Notes: generated by a model from the sequence alone, not told the origin. 64,000 bases of DNA from Ignavibacteria bacterium (GCA_013298775.1 JAAFIV010000010.1:69049-133048); one strand, 5' to 3'; counted from the first letter of the stretch, positions 28,523 through 39,233 are shown. Program-made: numbers and translations.

Positions 28523-29548
28523 ATGTTTTTCTTCTCAAAAATCCCCCAAGTTCGTGTATTCATGCTCTTCGGAGTTGTCTGCACACTTCTTTCGCTCATC
28601 ACCGGTTGCGGACCTTCAGAAGTCATCGGCTTAGACGTTCCGCACGATGAGCGGCTTGTTATCAACGGCTTTCTCGAAGAAGGCGTGGCGGTGAAAAATA
28701 TCATGGTGATAAAAACGCTGGATATTACCGACACCTCGAATATGCGTAAAGCGAGAATCACGGACGCTGAAGTCAGCATCACTACTGACGGACAGACGTT
28801 TCCGCTTTCGTTGCAACCTGACAATCAGATATTCGGCGGAAATGTTCCCAATGGCGTAAACCTTGCCGAGCAGCCGACGTATTATCAAGCACCGCAACTC
28901 GTCCCGCAAGCTGGTAAAACCTACGTTTTGAATGTGCGGTATCAAGGGAAAACTGCGACGGCAACGACCGTTATTCCCGCAAAACCGAGCATTGTTGCGA
29001 TGTCTGCATCGTTTACGACAAAGCCCGATTCGGTCATTTATTTCTTTGGTGGCGATACCGGTCCGCAATCGAAATCTATCGTGAAAGGCGAAATATCAGC
29101 GCAGTTTGCCGCACAAAATGGTGCGTTTATCGGCTCCATTGAGCCAACGCAAGTACATACGGGCGTTCTGGATTCCATGAGCAGAATGATTACCGTTCCA
29201 ATATCTTCTCAGCAGCAAAGAATTACTGCGCCGATTGCGGAAAATATCGTTGTAACAAATAATCTTACGAGAATGAAACTCAGCTTTTGGTATTGGTTGC
29301 CGAGCGATTACAAAGAATTTCCCAAAGAGCGCGAACTGTTGCAGAAAGCAAATCCACGTGCGCAGTTGCAGATTGTCAGTTTTGATGCGTCCTACCAGAA
29401 ATTTCTGCAAACACAAACACGCGGCAGCACGGCGGACGCAGGTATTTTGGGACCGAGCGGGCTGAATCCCGCATGGAATGTGAAAGGGGCTGGTATTGGC
29501 TTGTTTATTGGTCGTTCTGGCACAGTGAGTGTGGAAGTTCGTCCGTAA
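28523..29548 (+). CDS. DUF4249-family lipoprotein (typical partner of TonB-dependent receptors in Bacteroidota)
   Basis: Lipobox 'LITGCG'. Size and position immediately downstream of the TonB receptor. Alternative starts are at 28487 or 28562. Confidence 0.55.
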   Translation: MFFFSKIPQVRVFMLFGVVCTLLSLITGCGPSEVIGLDVPHDERLVINGFLEEGVAVKNIMVIKTLDITDTSNMRKARITDAEVSITTDGQTFPLSLQPDNQIFGGNVPNGVNLAEQPTYYQAPQLVPQAGKTYVLNVRYQGKTATATTVIPAKPSIVAMSASFTTKPDSVIYFFGGDTGPQSKSIVKGEISAQFAAQNGAFIGSIEPTQVHTGVLDSMSRMITVPISSQQQRITAPIAENIVVTNNLTRMKLSFWYWLPSDYKEFPKERELLQKANPRAQLQIVSFDASYQKFLQTQTRGSTADAGILGPSGLNPAWNVKGAGIGLFIGRSGTVSVEVRP

Positions 29549-29565
29549 TTGTTGAGCAAAAAACA

Positions 29566-29602
29566 AAAAGCCCGTAATGATAACCATTATGGGCTTTTGT
29601 TT
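29566..29602. terminator. rho-independent terminator (copy of the 22821 hairpin, 1 mismatch)
   Basis: aagcccgtaatgataaccattatgggctt followed by a T-run. Confidence 0.75.
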
Positions 29603-29632
29603 TATGCCGTTTTCAGCACGTGTTCGTCCATC

Positions 29633-31384
29633 TTATTTTGTACGATAGAACTCAATACGACGATTTTTCTTTTTGTTCTCTGGCGTGTCGTTTGGAGCAA
29701 TCGGTTTATCTGGACCGTAGCCTTTTGTTGCCAAGCGGTCTGCCGCAACACCACGACCCGTGAGCCATGCTTTGACCGCATCAGCGCGAGCTTGCGAGAG
29801 TGTTTGGTTTGAAGCCTTGTTGCCTGCATTGTCCGTGTGTCCGTCAATTTCTACCGAAATTTCTGGATACTCGTTGAAGTAATCAAGCGCATTCTCAAGA
29901 ACTGCTGCGGATGCTGGAGTAATGGTCGCTTTGCCAGACTCGAACTCAATACCTTCCAAGACGAGTGTGCGACCAACATCAATCTTAGAAAGTGATTTGA
30001 TAGCGTCGTCGCCAGGAACAAGCGGATTACGACGTTTGCGTACTTCGTCGCCGTCGTTCATTCCACCGCCGTCGGTATCGGGTTTAAGCGGGTCGGTTTT
30101 GTGTTTCAATACTTCATCGCCATCTTTCAAACCGTCGCCGTCGGTGTCGAGTTTGGTTGGGTCGGTTTTGTATTTGCTGGTTTCGTCTCCATCAGACAAG
30201 CCGTCCGCATCGGTATCAATCTTGCTTGGGTCGGTATCTGGCTTGAGCGGGTCAGTTTTATTTTTATTTACTTCGTCGCCGTCATTCACGCTGTCGCCGT
30301 CAGTATCTGCTTTAAGCGGGTCGGTTTTGTATTTGTTCACTTCGTCCGCATCGCTCAAGCCGTCGCCGTCGGTGTCTGCTTTGAGCGGGTCGGTTTTATG
30401 CTTATTCACTTCGTCCGTATCGCTCAAGCCGTCGCCGTCGGTATCAACTTTTACGGGAGATGATTTATACTTATTTACTTCATCGCCATCATTCAAGCCG
30501 TCGCCGTCAGTATCAACTTTAAGCGGGTCAGAACCGTGAGGAGTGATTTCTACGCCGTCAGTCAAACCATCGCCATCGGTATCAGGCTTGAGCGGGTCGG
30601 TTTTGTATTTGCCAATTTCATCACCATCATTCAAACCATCACCGTCACTATCGGCTTGGGTCGGATTAGTTTTGTATTTGTTTGCTTCGTCGCCGTCTTT
30701 CAAGCCATCGCCATCGGTATCAACTTTATTTGGGTCGGTGCCGAGTTCTTTTTCTTGAGCATCAGAAAGCCCATCACCATCAGTATCGGAAGCAAATCGG
30801 TAAAAGATACCAATCATTCCAGCCCAGTGCGGGTCGGGGGTGTTATCCTGAATCGGATTCACATTGTCGCTCAAAATGATGTTGTTACCGAAATTGAGGT
30901 CGAGTCCAAAATTATCCGAGAGCATTTTCGTAACGCCTAAACCTACGGGAATAGCAAGTGCAGAGCTTTGACGTGTGAAATTCATAGGCGCACGCAATGG
31001 CACTTGGGTAGAATTCAAAAATGCCAAACCTACACCTGCATTTACGTACGGCTTCCAGCCATTCGATGTACCAAAAGGTGCTAAACGCAAACGGAGGTCG
31101 GGCAAGACGATATCCGTGGTATAGTTATCTGCCGCGTTGTTGGCAACACCCGTAGCTTGGGTAAAGGTTGCACCCAATTCCGCGCCAAGAAAATCGCTAA
31201 AATCATAGCGCAATACTGGTCGTCCGCCAAGGTTAATTGGTCGCGTGGGCGATTCGCTGACGGTCATTGTACCGCCGCCATTAACGCCAATGGCAAGTTG
31301 AGCAAACGTTGTTTCGGGAACAGCCACGATAGTTGCAAGAAGCAACATACAGCGTACTGTACGGGAGAAACGATAAGGTTTCAT
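29633..31384 (-). CDS. OmpA-family outer-membrane protein with about 13 thrombospondin type-3 Ca-binding repeats
   Basis: N-terminal 8-strand barrel, repeated 'DTDGDGL.DGDE..KYKTDPLK' TSP3 units, and a C-terminal OmpA domain ('...GHTDNAGNKASNQTLSQARADAV'). The ORF opens with GTG at 31390; the ATG is at 31384. Confidence 0.8.
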   Translation of the reverse strand: MKPYRFSRTVRCMLLLATIVAVPETTFAQLAIGVNGGGTMTVSESPTRPINLGGRPVLRYDFSDFLGAELGATFTQATGVANNAADNYTTDIVLPDLRLRLAPFGTSNGWKPYVNAGVGLAFLNSTQVPLRAPMNFTRQSSALAIPVGLGVTKMLSDNFGLDLNFGNNIILSDNVNPIQDNTPDPHWAGMIGIFYRFASDTDGDGLSDAQEKELGTDPNKVDTDGDGLKDGDEANKYKTNPTQADSDGDGLNDGDEIGKYKTDPLKPDTDGDGLTDGVEITPHGSDPLKVDTDGDGLNDGDEVNKYKSSPVKVDTDGDGLSDTDEVNKHKTDPLKADTDGDGLSDADEVNKYKTDPLKADTDGDSVNDGDEVNKNKTDPLKPDTDPSKIDTDADGLSDGDETSKYKTDPTKLDTDGDGLKDGDEVLKHKTDPLKPDTDGGGMNDGDEVRKRRNPLVPGDDAIKSLSKIDVGRTLVLEGIEFESGKATITPASAAVLENALDYFNEYPEISVEIDGHTDNAGNKASNQTLSQARADAVKAWLTGRGVAADRLATKGYGPDKPIAPNDTPENKKKNRRIEFYRTK

Positions 31385-31940
31385 AAGCACTCTCCTTATA
31401 ATTTAGTAAAAGAATGTAGGGGGATAAGTTCTCAAATATCAAAAACAAGACGTACTTTGAATGCCAAGTTTTAGCACGACATAACATTCAAAATGGAATT
31501 GATTTATGCACAAAAGGATTTCATTCTTTAGCAAGTTTTAGCAAGCAATAGGCAATACGCAGAAATCTATTTGAAACAGAACTGCAAAAACGGCACAATA
31601 CCTTATATGCACAAAGAGTAGCAAAAATAACGTTGCAAATGTAAGGCTTTTCCGACTTTTCCAAACAGTTTTTTTATGAAAATAAATTTTGGGTTAAAAG
31701 GAAAATCAGGAACTTTTTTCAATTATGTTGATTTTTGCACGAAGATTTGCTAGATTCTGCCTTGCATAGCTTATGCAGCAAATAGAAATATATTCGTTGT
31801 GTGTGTGATGCTTTACGACAGCAATGCGAGGTAAAGCGTTATCAATGAAGGAGATTATAGAAATGGGAGAGGTTACAACATGTGTCGTTCAATGTGTTTC
31901 TCGAAAACATCACAAATATCAAACGTGGAATCTACATTCG

Positions 31941-32843
31941 ATGTCGGTGTGGCTCTATGTGTGTATTTTCCTCCCCCTGTTCCTTGCTGGATGCGCTTCC
32001 ACAACGACCGTTTCTCGCCCCGATCCGCCGAATACCAACTCAAGCACAGGAGTTTCTGAATCCCCCCCATCCAACGTCCCCGCACCACGCAGCGCAGTAA
32101 CGCCGCTTTCGCTGAACGACCAAGAAGCTCTCGAAATAGGGAAGCGTATTTGGCAAAACGAATGTAATGGCACGATTGACGGCTTAACCTCGTGGAATAA
32201 AAACGAAGAGTTTGCTTCGCTCGGCATCGGGCATTTTATCTGGTTTCCAAAAGGCTATAAAGGTCCGTTTGGCGAAGCATTTCCGCGCTTGGTGGATTAT
32301 TTAATTGCCAATGACGCACCTGTTCCAAGCTGGTTGCGGGAGAATTTTCGTAAAGGAAATCGCGCGTGTCCATGGACTTCGCGTGAAGAATTTAATGCCG
32401 ACCTCCAAAGTCCGAAAATGCAAGAACTACGCACAATGCTCGCCGAAACCGTCGGTCTTCAAGCCCGCATGATTGCTCGGCGCATGGAAAACTCACTCGC
32501 AAAAATTCTGGATGCTGTGCCAGATAAAGATGCCAAAGAACAGATTACAATGCAGTTCTACCGTGTCGCAGACGCGCCGCTTGGTTTGTACGCGCTCACG
32601 GACTATGTGAACTTCAAAGGCGAGGGAATATCAACGTCGGAGGCGTACAATCACGTCGGATGGGGATTGCGCCACGTCTTGGAGGCAATGCGCGGCACGG
32701 AACAAGGCAAAGCAGCTATTGTTGAATTTGCCCAAACCGCAGAACGCCTTCTTACCAACCGCGTAAAAAACTCCCCACCAGAGCGCAACGAGCAAACATG
32801 GCTTCAGAACTGGTCGCAGCGCGTGTGGTCGTACACGAAATAG
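31941..32843 (+). CDS. hypothetical lipoprotein
   Basis: Lipobox 'LFLAGCAST'. No recognised domain. Lies upstream of the first SusC. Confidence 0.45.
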   Translation: MSVWLYVCIFLPLFLAGCASTTTVSRPDPPNTNSSTGVSESPPSNVPAPRSAVTPLSLNDQEALEIGKRIWQNECNGTIDGLTSWNKNEEFASLGIGHFIWFPKGYKGPFGEAFPRLVDYLIANDAPVPSWLRENFRKGNRACPWTSREEFNADLQSPKMQELRTMLAETVGLQARMIARRMENSLAKILDAVPDKDAKEQITMQFYRVADAPLGLYALTDYVNFKGEGISTSEAYNHVGWGLRHVLEAMRGTEQGKAAIVEFAQTAERLLTNRVKNSPPERNEQTWLQNWSQRVWSYTK

Positions 32844-32991
32844 CGTGTGGTTTATGGAACAGACGGGAGTATCTGTTCTACCGAAGCCTCATGAAATCTA
32901 TCTCTTTTGTGGTAGCGCGTAACATTTTTGTTTGCGCTGTTTTGATTGAATCACAACCCTTTTCTCTATCTATTTTTTAAGAGGCTGAATT

Positions 32992-35900
32992 ATGAATATA
33001 TCTGTACAACGCTCTCGGCGTGTACGTTGGTTGTTTTCTGCTTTTGCATTAGCAATGCTCATTGCACTTGGCAATGTTGTGATAACATTTGCTCAACCAC
33101 GTACCGTTACAGGGAAAGTAACCTTCAAAGACACAAAATCTGCGCTGCCGGGCGTAAAAATCACGATTAAAGGCGTGAAGCGGGGCGGAGCGATTGCCAA
33201 CAAAGACGGCGACTATCGTATCGAAGTGCCAGACGGCTCGGCGACGATTGTGTTTAACCTCATTGGGCATTTGTCCAAAGAAGTGAAAGTGGGCGACCAA
33301 ACAACCATCAATGCGGAATTAGTTCTGGATGATGTGAAATTGGAAGAAATCATCGTTACTGCTCTTGGTATTGAGCAGCAGAAGCGTGCAGTGAACTATG
33401 CCGTGCAGGATGTAAAAGCGGGGGATATTGCGGAATCGCAGCAGCAAAATATTGTTAATGCCATACAAGGGCGCATTGCTGGTGTGCAGATAACCAATTC
33501 TGGTGGTGGTCCGGGCGGTTCGTCGAGCATTATCATTCGCGGTGGTAATTCGGTGGACTCTGACAATCAGCCACTGTTCATCATTGACGGTGTGCCGATG
33601 GATAATTCCACAACCACCGAAACTGGCGCAGGTACAAGCGGCTTAAATGGTCAATTAGCGCGAAGCGTTGCTAATTCTAATCGCGCGATAGATTTGAATC
33701 CCGATGACATTGAAAATATCAGCATTTTGAAAGGTCCCTCCGCAGCCGCGCTCTACGGCTCGCGTGCAGCAAACGGCGTGGTCTTGATTACCACGAAACG
33801 CGGTAAAGAAGGCTCGATGAATATTACTTACAATAATTCATTTTCCTACGATGTGGCAAATCGTTTGCCGAAAACACAATCTACCTACAAGCAAGGTTTG
33901 GACGGCTTTTACAATATCAATACGCGCCGCTCGTGGGGTCCGCGTTTTCAGGCAACAGATTCGATTTTTGAAAACCTTGATAACTTCTTTGTTCCCGCCT
34001 TTAGCATGACGCATAACGTGTCTGGCTCTGGTGCGAACGAAATGGCGAATTATTTTTTCAGCATCAATCGTACCGACCAAAATGGTATTGTGCCGCTAAC
34101 GTTCTGGGATAGAACCTCGCTCCGTTTCAATGGGGGCGCGAAAGTGGCGGAAAACCTGCGTGTGCAAGGCTCGGTAACGTACACGAATTCTGGCGGCAAT
34201 CGTGCGTTGCAAGGTCCTGGCTTGTTTACAAGCAATGGTGGATACTTGATTTCAATGCTGTACTGGCCCAAAAATGATAACATGAAAGATTGGAATAATC
34301 CTGACGGCTCGCGCCGCCGCTTGTTGCAATCAGATTTGGCGAATGATATTGATAATCCATACTTTACGCTCAATAAAAACAAAGTTGAGGACGATGTAAA
34401 CCGCTTTATTGGTAATGTGCGCATTGTGTACGACCCGACGGACTGGCTGAATATCACCTACGTCGCTGGTGGCGACTTCACGCAAGAATCCAACCGCAGT
34501 GTTCGTGCGCCTGGCAACTCGCTTATCTCCAACGGTATTGCGCAAGAACCTGGTTCGATTTCTCAAAGCCAGAATTTTAATCGCATTCTGAATTCGCAAT
34601 TACTTGTAACGTTTCGCAAAGAGCTGTTTGAGGGCTTTACTGCGGAATTGCTTTTGGGAAATTGGGTAGAAGCCTCGCGGAATTACCAGCTTGACTATTT
34701 TGGATTTGGCTTTATCAACCGTGATTTTACTAGCATCAATAACACTATCGTAACGGAAAACCGCTATGCCGAGCGTGTAACCGAAAAACGCTTGATTGGT
34801 GCTTTTGCGCAGCTCAATTTGAATTGGAACAACAAGCTCTTCCTGAGTGCGCGTGGGCGCAATGACTGGTCTTCCACATTACCAATTGCAAGCCGTTCAT
34901 ATTTTTATCCAGCCGTTGATATTGGCTACGTGTTGAGTGATGATTTGCCGAAAAACGATATTCTTTCCTATGCGAAATTGCGCTTTTCGCTTGCGCAAGT
35001 AGGTAAGGACGCGCGTCCGTACCGCACAGGAACAGTGCTAACCTCGAACACGTACATTGGTGGTGGTTTCCGCAACGACTTCTGGGCGGGCAATCCTGAA
35101 CTGAAACCAGAAATCACGCAGGGAATTGAGCTTGGCGGCGACTTCCGTTTGTTCGATGGCGCGTTGAATATCGACGCGGCTGTGTATCAGCAAACCACGT
35201 ACAATCAGCTTATCGCGCCACGTATCAGCCAAGCATCGGGCTACATTTTTGCCTATTTGAACGGCGGCACGGTGGAAAATCGCGGTTTGGAAATCGCACT
35301 GAGCGGTACGCCCGTGCGCACACCAGATGTGACCTGGAATTTTGGCGTGAATTTCACCAGTAATATCAACAAAGTAGTGGAATTGCCATCGGTCTTGCAG
35401 GAATTGAACCAGGCAGATGGTTCGCTGACCAACGTGGGTCGTGCGTCGTCCTTTCCAGGACAGCCGCTTCAAGCACTCAGCGTAACCGATTACGCTCGCA
35501 ACCCGCAAGGGCGCATCATTATTGACTCTGCTTCTGGTTATCCCGCAACTCCAGCAAGCGGGGTTTTTGCGTATGGCGGTAATCGCCAAGCCGATGCAAC
35601 CCTTGGCGTTACCAATTCCTTCACCTTTGGTGGCTTGACGTTTGCGTTTTTGTGGGATATTCGTTTTGGCGGCAAGGTCTTAAACGGCACGGAGTGGGAT
35701 ATGGTGCGCTCTGGCATGAGCCTGAACACGCTTGACCGCTACAAAGTAGCAGTATTGGACGGCGTTGTCCGCAATCGCGCCGTTACCGACCCGAACGCAC
35801 CTGATGCGTGGGTAACAAACACGCGGCAAGTAGAATTAACCCAAAACTATTACGTGAATATCTTTGCTGCTGCTGGAACAAACTTTGTGGAAGATGGTTC

Positions 35901-36150
35901 GTGGGTGCGTTTGCGTTCAGTAAATCTTTCATATCGCTTTCCGCGTGATATCTTTGGGCAGGGCGTTGTCAAAGAATTAGAAATCTTCGCAATGGGACGG
36001 AATCTGCTGCTCTTTACGCGCTATTCAGGCATGGATCCTGAGGTCTCTGGCTCTGGTGCTGGCGTGTCGGGTGCTGGCACAAACGGCATGGATTACGGCG
36101 GTGTGCCTTCTACAATGGGCATAACGGCTGGCTTGAAGATTTCTTTCTAA
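32992..36150 (+). CDS. SusC/RagA-family TonB-linked outer-membrane protein
   Basis: CarbopepD-reg domain, the 'NPDDIENISILKGPSAAALYGSRAANGVVLITTKRG' plug motif, and a long barrel. Confidence 0.85.
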   Translation: MNISVQRSRRVRWLFSAFALAMLIALGNVVITFAQPRTVTGKVTFKDTKSALPGVKITIKGVKRGGAIANKDGDYRIEVPDGSATIVFNLIGHLSKEVKVGDQTTINAELVLDDVKLEEIIVTALGIEQQKRAVNYAVQDVKAGDIAESQQQNIVNAIQGRIAGVQITNSGGGPGGSSSIIIRGGNSVDSDNQPLFIIDGVPMDNSTTTETGAGTSGLNGQLARSVANSNRAIDLNPDDIENISILKGPSAAALYGSRAANGVVLITTKRGKEGSMNITYNNSFSYDVANRLPKTQSTYKQGLDGFYNINTRRSWGPRFQATDSIFENLDNFFVPAFSMTHNVSGSGANEMANYFFSINRTDQNGIVPLTFWDRTSLRFNGGAKVAENLRVQGSVTYTNSGGNRALQGPGLFTSNGGYLISMLYWPKNDNMKDWNNPDGSRRRLLQSDLANDIDNPYFTLNKNKVEDDVNRFIGNVRIVYDPTDWLNITYVAGGDFTQESNRSVRAPGNSLISNGIAQEPGSISQSQNFNRILNSQLLVTFRKELFEGFTAELLLGNWVEASRNYQLDYFGFGFINRDFTSINNTIVTENRYAERVTEKRLIGAFAQLNLNWNNKLFLSARGRNDWSSTLPIASRSYFYPAVDIGYVLSDDLPKNDILSYAKLRFSLAQVGKDARPYRTGTVLTSNTYIGGGFRNDFWAGNPELKPEITQGIELGGDFRLFDGALNIDAAVYQQTTYNQLIAPRISQASGYIFAYLNGGTVENRGLEIALSGTPVRTPDVTWNFGVNFTSNINKVVELPSVLQELNQADGSLTNVGRASSFPGQPLQALSVTDYARNPQGRIIIDSASGYPATPASGVFAYGGNRQADATLGVTNSFTFGGLTFAFLWDIRFGGKVLNGTEWDMVRSGMSLNTLDRYKVAVLDGVVRNRAVTDPNAPDAWVTNTRQVELTQNYYVNIFAAAGTNFVEDGSWVRLRSVNLSYRFPRDIFGQGVVKELEIFAMGRNLLLFTRYSGMDPEVSGSGAGVSGAGTNGMDYGGVPSTMGITAGLKISF

Positions 36151-36194
36151 TTTATTTTTCGCATCATTCCACGAATACCAAATTGTACAATGTT

Positions 36195-37775
36195 ATGAAA
36201 CGATTATTCACACAATTCACGCTGTCCGCCGCATGGTTGCTGCTCTTTGGGCTTTTTATTGGATTTTCCCTTGGTCTTTCCTCGTGCGACAGCTTTTTGG
36301 ATGTCAATACGAATCCAAATTTTCCTGAAGATGCTTCGCCGTCGGCAAAGCTCCCGAGTATCATTTCCAATGGTTTCCAGCAGCAATATGCTCTCAGCGT
36401 GCTAACAACGACGCACTTTACGCAGCACATTGCCAGCCGAGTATCAGGGAATTCGCTCGACCAATTTTTCCTTTCGCCCACAGCAAATCCCTTCAACGAC
36501 ACATACTTCCGTGCCGCAAGCAATATTCCTCCAATGATTGAGCGGGCGAATAAAGAACAGGCATGGCACTACGTCGGTGCAGGGAAAGTTCTCATGGCGG
36601 CATTGCTCTTTCATTTGACCGATATTTTTGGCAATATTCCGTATTCGGATGCCTTCAAAGGTGCCGTCAATTATTCTCCAAAATACGATACGCAGGAGCA
36701 GATTTATCAAGCAATGGACAAACTTTTGGACGAAGCAATCGTCGAGTTTCGCAAGACACAACCCGCGTCGGCAGTACGTTTCGACCGTAATGCGGATATT
36801 CTTTTTCAAGGAAATACCTCGCGTTGGATAAAGTTGGCGTTTGCCTTGAAGGCACGACAATACAACCACTTGACAAAAAAATCCACATACAGCGCGGCAC
36901 GAGTGCTTACCGCGATTGATTCTGCGACGAGCAGTAACGCTGAAGATGCGCAGGTGCAGTTTACGAACATTCAGATTACGCAAACGAATTTTTTCTCGTT
37001 TAATCGCACCAACTATAATGCCCGCTCCTTTGGACGCTTTTTTATTCAAATGTTGGATGGCTCAAAACTTGGCTTCCGCGACCCGCGTTATGTCGTCATT
37101 GCGCCCGATACCGCTCGCTCGAAAGGTGTTGTCAATGGCTCTGGCGCGCCACTGTTGGGTATTACCAACGTAACAAGCATGGGCGATGGTGCGTCGGACT
37201 TCTACGGACGTTACGACAATACGCCACTCGCTGGCACAACAGCACCACGTCTTCCGGCAACAGGCACTGCGCCTGCGCTTGAAGGCTGGTACTCACGCTC
37301 GTTGGGTGTGCAAATGCTTGTTACAAACGCAGAAATGCGCTTTGTGGAAGCTGAAGCTGCATTCCGCTCTGGTAACCGCGACCGCGCCTTTGCTGCCTAC
37401 ACGGCAGGTATTACGGCACATTGCGATAAACTTGGCGTTCCACCGGCTGACCGCATGGTGTATTTGCGCAGTGCGGCTGTCGCGCAGAATGCGGCAGGGC
37501 TGACGTTGGCGAACATCATGCAGCAAAAGTATATCGCTCTCTTTCTGCATCCCGAAGCATGGGTAGATATGCGCCGTTTGGACTATAGTGCGGATGTGTA
37601 TCCTGGATTTCAACCGCCGGTTGGCGTGAATGCACAGCTTATGGGACAGTACCCGCGTCGTTTCTTACCCGGTACACAGGAATTGCTGTACAACCGCACG
37701 AATGCATATGCTGAGTTGGGTACGCTGCCCGACCCACAGTACATTATTACGCCGATGTGGTGGGACAAACCATAA
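36195..37775 (+). CDS. SusD/RagB-family nutrient-binding lipoprotein
   Basis: Lipobox 'LSSCDSFLDVNTNPN', which is the SusD N-terminal signature. TPR-like helical composition. The ORF opens with TTG at 36183; the ATG is at 36195. Confidence 0.8.
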   Translation: MKRLFTQFTLSAAWLLLFGLFIGFSLGLSSCDSFLDVNTNPNFPEDASPSAKLPSIISNGFQQQYALSVLTTTHFTQHIASRVSGNSLDQFFLSPTANPFNDTYFRAASNIPPMIERANKEQAWHYVGAGKVLMAALLFHLTDIFGNIPYSDAFKGAVNYSPKYDTQEQIYQAMDKLLDEAIVEFRKTQPASAVRFDRNADILFQGNTSRWIKLAFALKARQYNHLTKKSTYSAARVLTAIDSATSSNAEDAQVQFTNIQITQTNFFSFNRTNYNARSFGRFFIQMLDGSKLGFRDPRYVVIAPDTARSKGVVNGSGAPLLGITNVTSMGDGASDFYGRYDNTPLAGTTAPRLPATGTAPALEGWYSRSLGVQMLVTNAEMRFVEAEAAFRSGNRDRAFAAYTAGITAHCDKLGVPPADRMVYLRSAAVAQNAAGLTLANIMQQKYIALFLHPEAWVDMRRLDYSADVYPGFQPPVGVNAQLMGQYPRRFLPGTQELLYNRTNAYAELGTLPDPQYIITPMWWDKP

Positions 37776-37812
37776 TTCACTTTACCATTTTGACTTTTCA
37801 TATCAAATTTTT

Positions 37813-38298
37813 ATGAAACGCTCTCTCCTTGCCTCGCTCTGCGGAATACTGCTCGGCGGCGCACTCATACTCACGGTCAATGCTTGTACAACGGTGTATC
37901 CGTCGCCAGGACCGATAGTGATTAATAGCCAAGTTCCGCAGATAAACACAAACACCTGGACTGTTGCTACAACACAACGTGCTGGCGCGGTGATTTCATT
38001 GGAATTGCAATATTGGTCAGTTGTTCCTATCAAGGAAATACAGCTTTTACAAGCCATCGCTCGCACGCAAAGCGGCACAACTACGCGCGATACGACGCTT
38101 GTTTCCACACGCCCGTACCAACCAGCGTATTCTGCATCGAAACAATGCGATACGCTGCTTTTGACCTACACCGTTCCAGCACTGACGCGCTCAACGGGGC
38201 AGACCATCACTATCAATCCCATTGCGCGGATTGTAGTGGAGCAGGGAAATAAATCGCGCCCATTTCTAACGGGTGCTGGCTTTACGTGGAATCCATAA
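37813..38298 (+). CDS. hypothetical lipoprotein downstream of SusD
   Basis: Lipobox 'LTVNACTT'. 161 aa with no recognised domain. Confidence 0.45.
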   Translation: MKRSLLASLCGILLGGALILTVNACTTVYPSPGPIVINSQVPQINTNTWTVATTQRAGAVISLELQYWSVVPIKEIQLLQAIARTQSGTTTRDTTLVSTRPYQPAYSASKQCDTLLLTYTVPALTRSTGQTITINPIARIVVEQGNKSRPFLTGAGFTWNP

Positions 38299-38317
38299 AC
38301 TGTTAATTATCGAAAGA

Positions 38318-38362
38318 CCAACGTACAGTTCGCTTCAAATACGGGCTGTACGTTTTTTTTTG
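38318..38362. terminator. rho-independent terminator
   Basis: acgtacag ... ctgtacgt stem followed by a T(9) run. Confidence 0.7.
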
Positions 38363-38483
38363 GTAAAGTCGCCCAAGAAATTTTTCCATGATTTACGCCC
38401 GCGTTTTCGTATTTTGGAGAAACTTTCACGCAGTCTTTCTCGTCTTTATCAAGACTTTTCCACGCACCGTACACTCTCAAAGT

Positions 38484-39233
38484 ATGAGCGACCAAGAATT
38501 ACGCGACCTCGTAGCGGCAAATCATCTGGCATTGCAGCAACTCATCCAAGCCCAACGCGAAGACCGCGAACAGATGCAAGCCCAACGCAAAGAACTCGCA
38601 GAGCGATACGCCCGCGAGGATGCTGAACGCGCCCGTGAGGACGCGGAACGCGCAAAAGCTGAAGCTGAGCGTGCCAAAGCAGCCGAAGAATATCGCAAAG
38701 AGCAAGAACAAAAAGCCGAAGAATACCGCAAAGAACAAGACCGCAAAGACGAAGCCTTCAAGCAACAAATGGCAGAACTCGGCAAGCAAATTGGCGGCTT
38801 GGGGAATCGTTTTGGTTCGTTTACGGAATCCTTGATTTTGCCCTCAATGGCGCGTATTCTCTATGATGAATTTGGTGTGGACCACGTGAGCATCCGCACG
38901 AAATCCAAGCGCAACGGCGGTTCGCTGGAACTGGATGCCTTTGGGTACAGCAATGGCACAAAGAACGTTGCCTACGTGGTGGAAGTAAAAGCCAGCATCC
39001 GCAAGCGCGATGTGGAGCAGATTCTGGAGATATTATCAAAATTCCCACAGTATTTCACCGACCATGCAGAGAAGCATTTGTACGGCATCATTGCTGGCTT
39101 GGACGCTCCGGAAGATGTGCGAAAACTCATGGCTGAAGAGGGAATTTACTACGCCGACATTACCGATGATGTGTTTCAGATGGATACGCCTGAGGGGTTT
39201 CAGCCGCGTGATTTCTCACTTGTTCCAGCATAA
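38484..39233 (+). CDS. coiled-coil protein with C-terminal PD-(D/E)XK-nuclease-like domain (DUF3782-like?)
   Basis: The N-terminal roughly 100 aa are an E/R/K/A-rich coiled coil with duplicated 'EDAERAREDAERAKAEAERAK' and 'AEEYRKEQ' segments. The C-terminal region has 'LELDAF ... VVEVKAS' consistent with D...(E)xK. Confidence 0.45.
   Translation: MSDQELRDLVAANHLALQQLIQAQREDREQMQAQRKELAERYAREDAERAREDAERAKAEAERAKAAEEYRKEQEQKAEEYRKEQDRKDEAFKQQMAELGKQIGGLGNRFGSFTESLILPSMARILYDEFGVDHVSIRTKSKRNGGSLELDAFGYSNGTKNVAYVVEVKASIRKRDVEQILEILSKFPQYFTDHAEKHLYGIIAGLDAPEDVRKLMAEEGIYYADITDDVFQMDTPEGFQPRDFSLVPA

Noticed and set aside
29922-30940. Plus-strand ORFs (for example 205 aa 'SSPSFKPSPSVS...') opposite the OmpA gene
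   Set aside because: They are antisense translation of the periodic TSP3 repeat DNA. They have no start context and fully overlap a well-supported gene.
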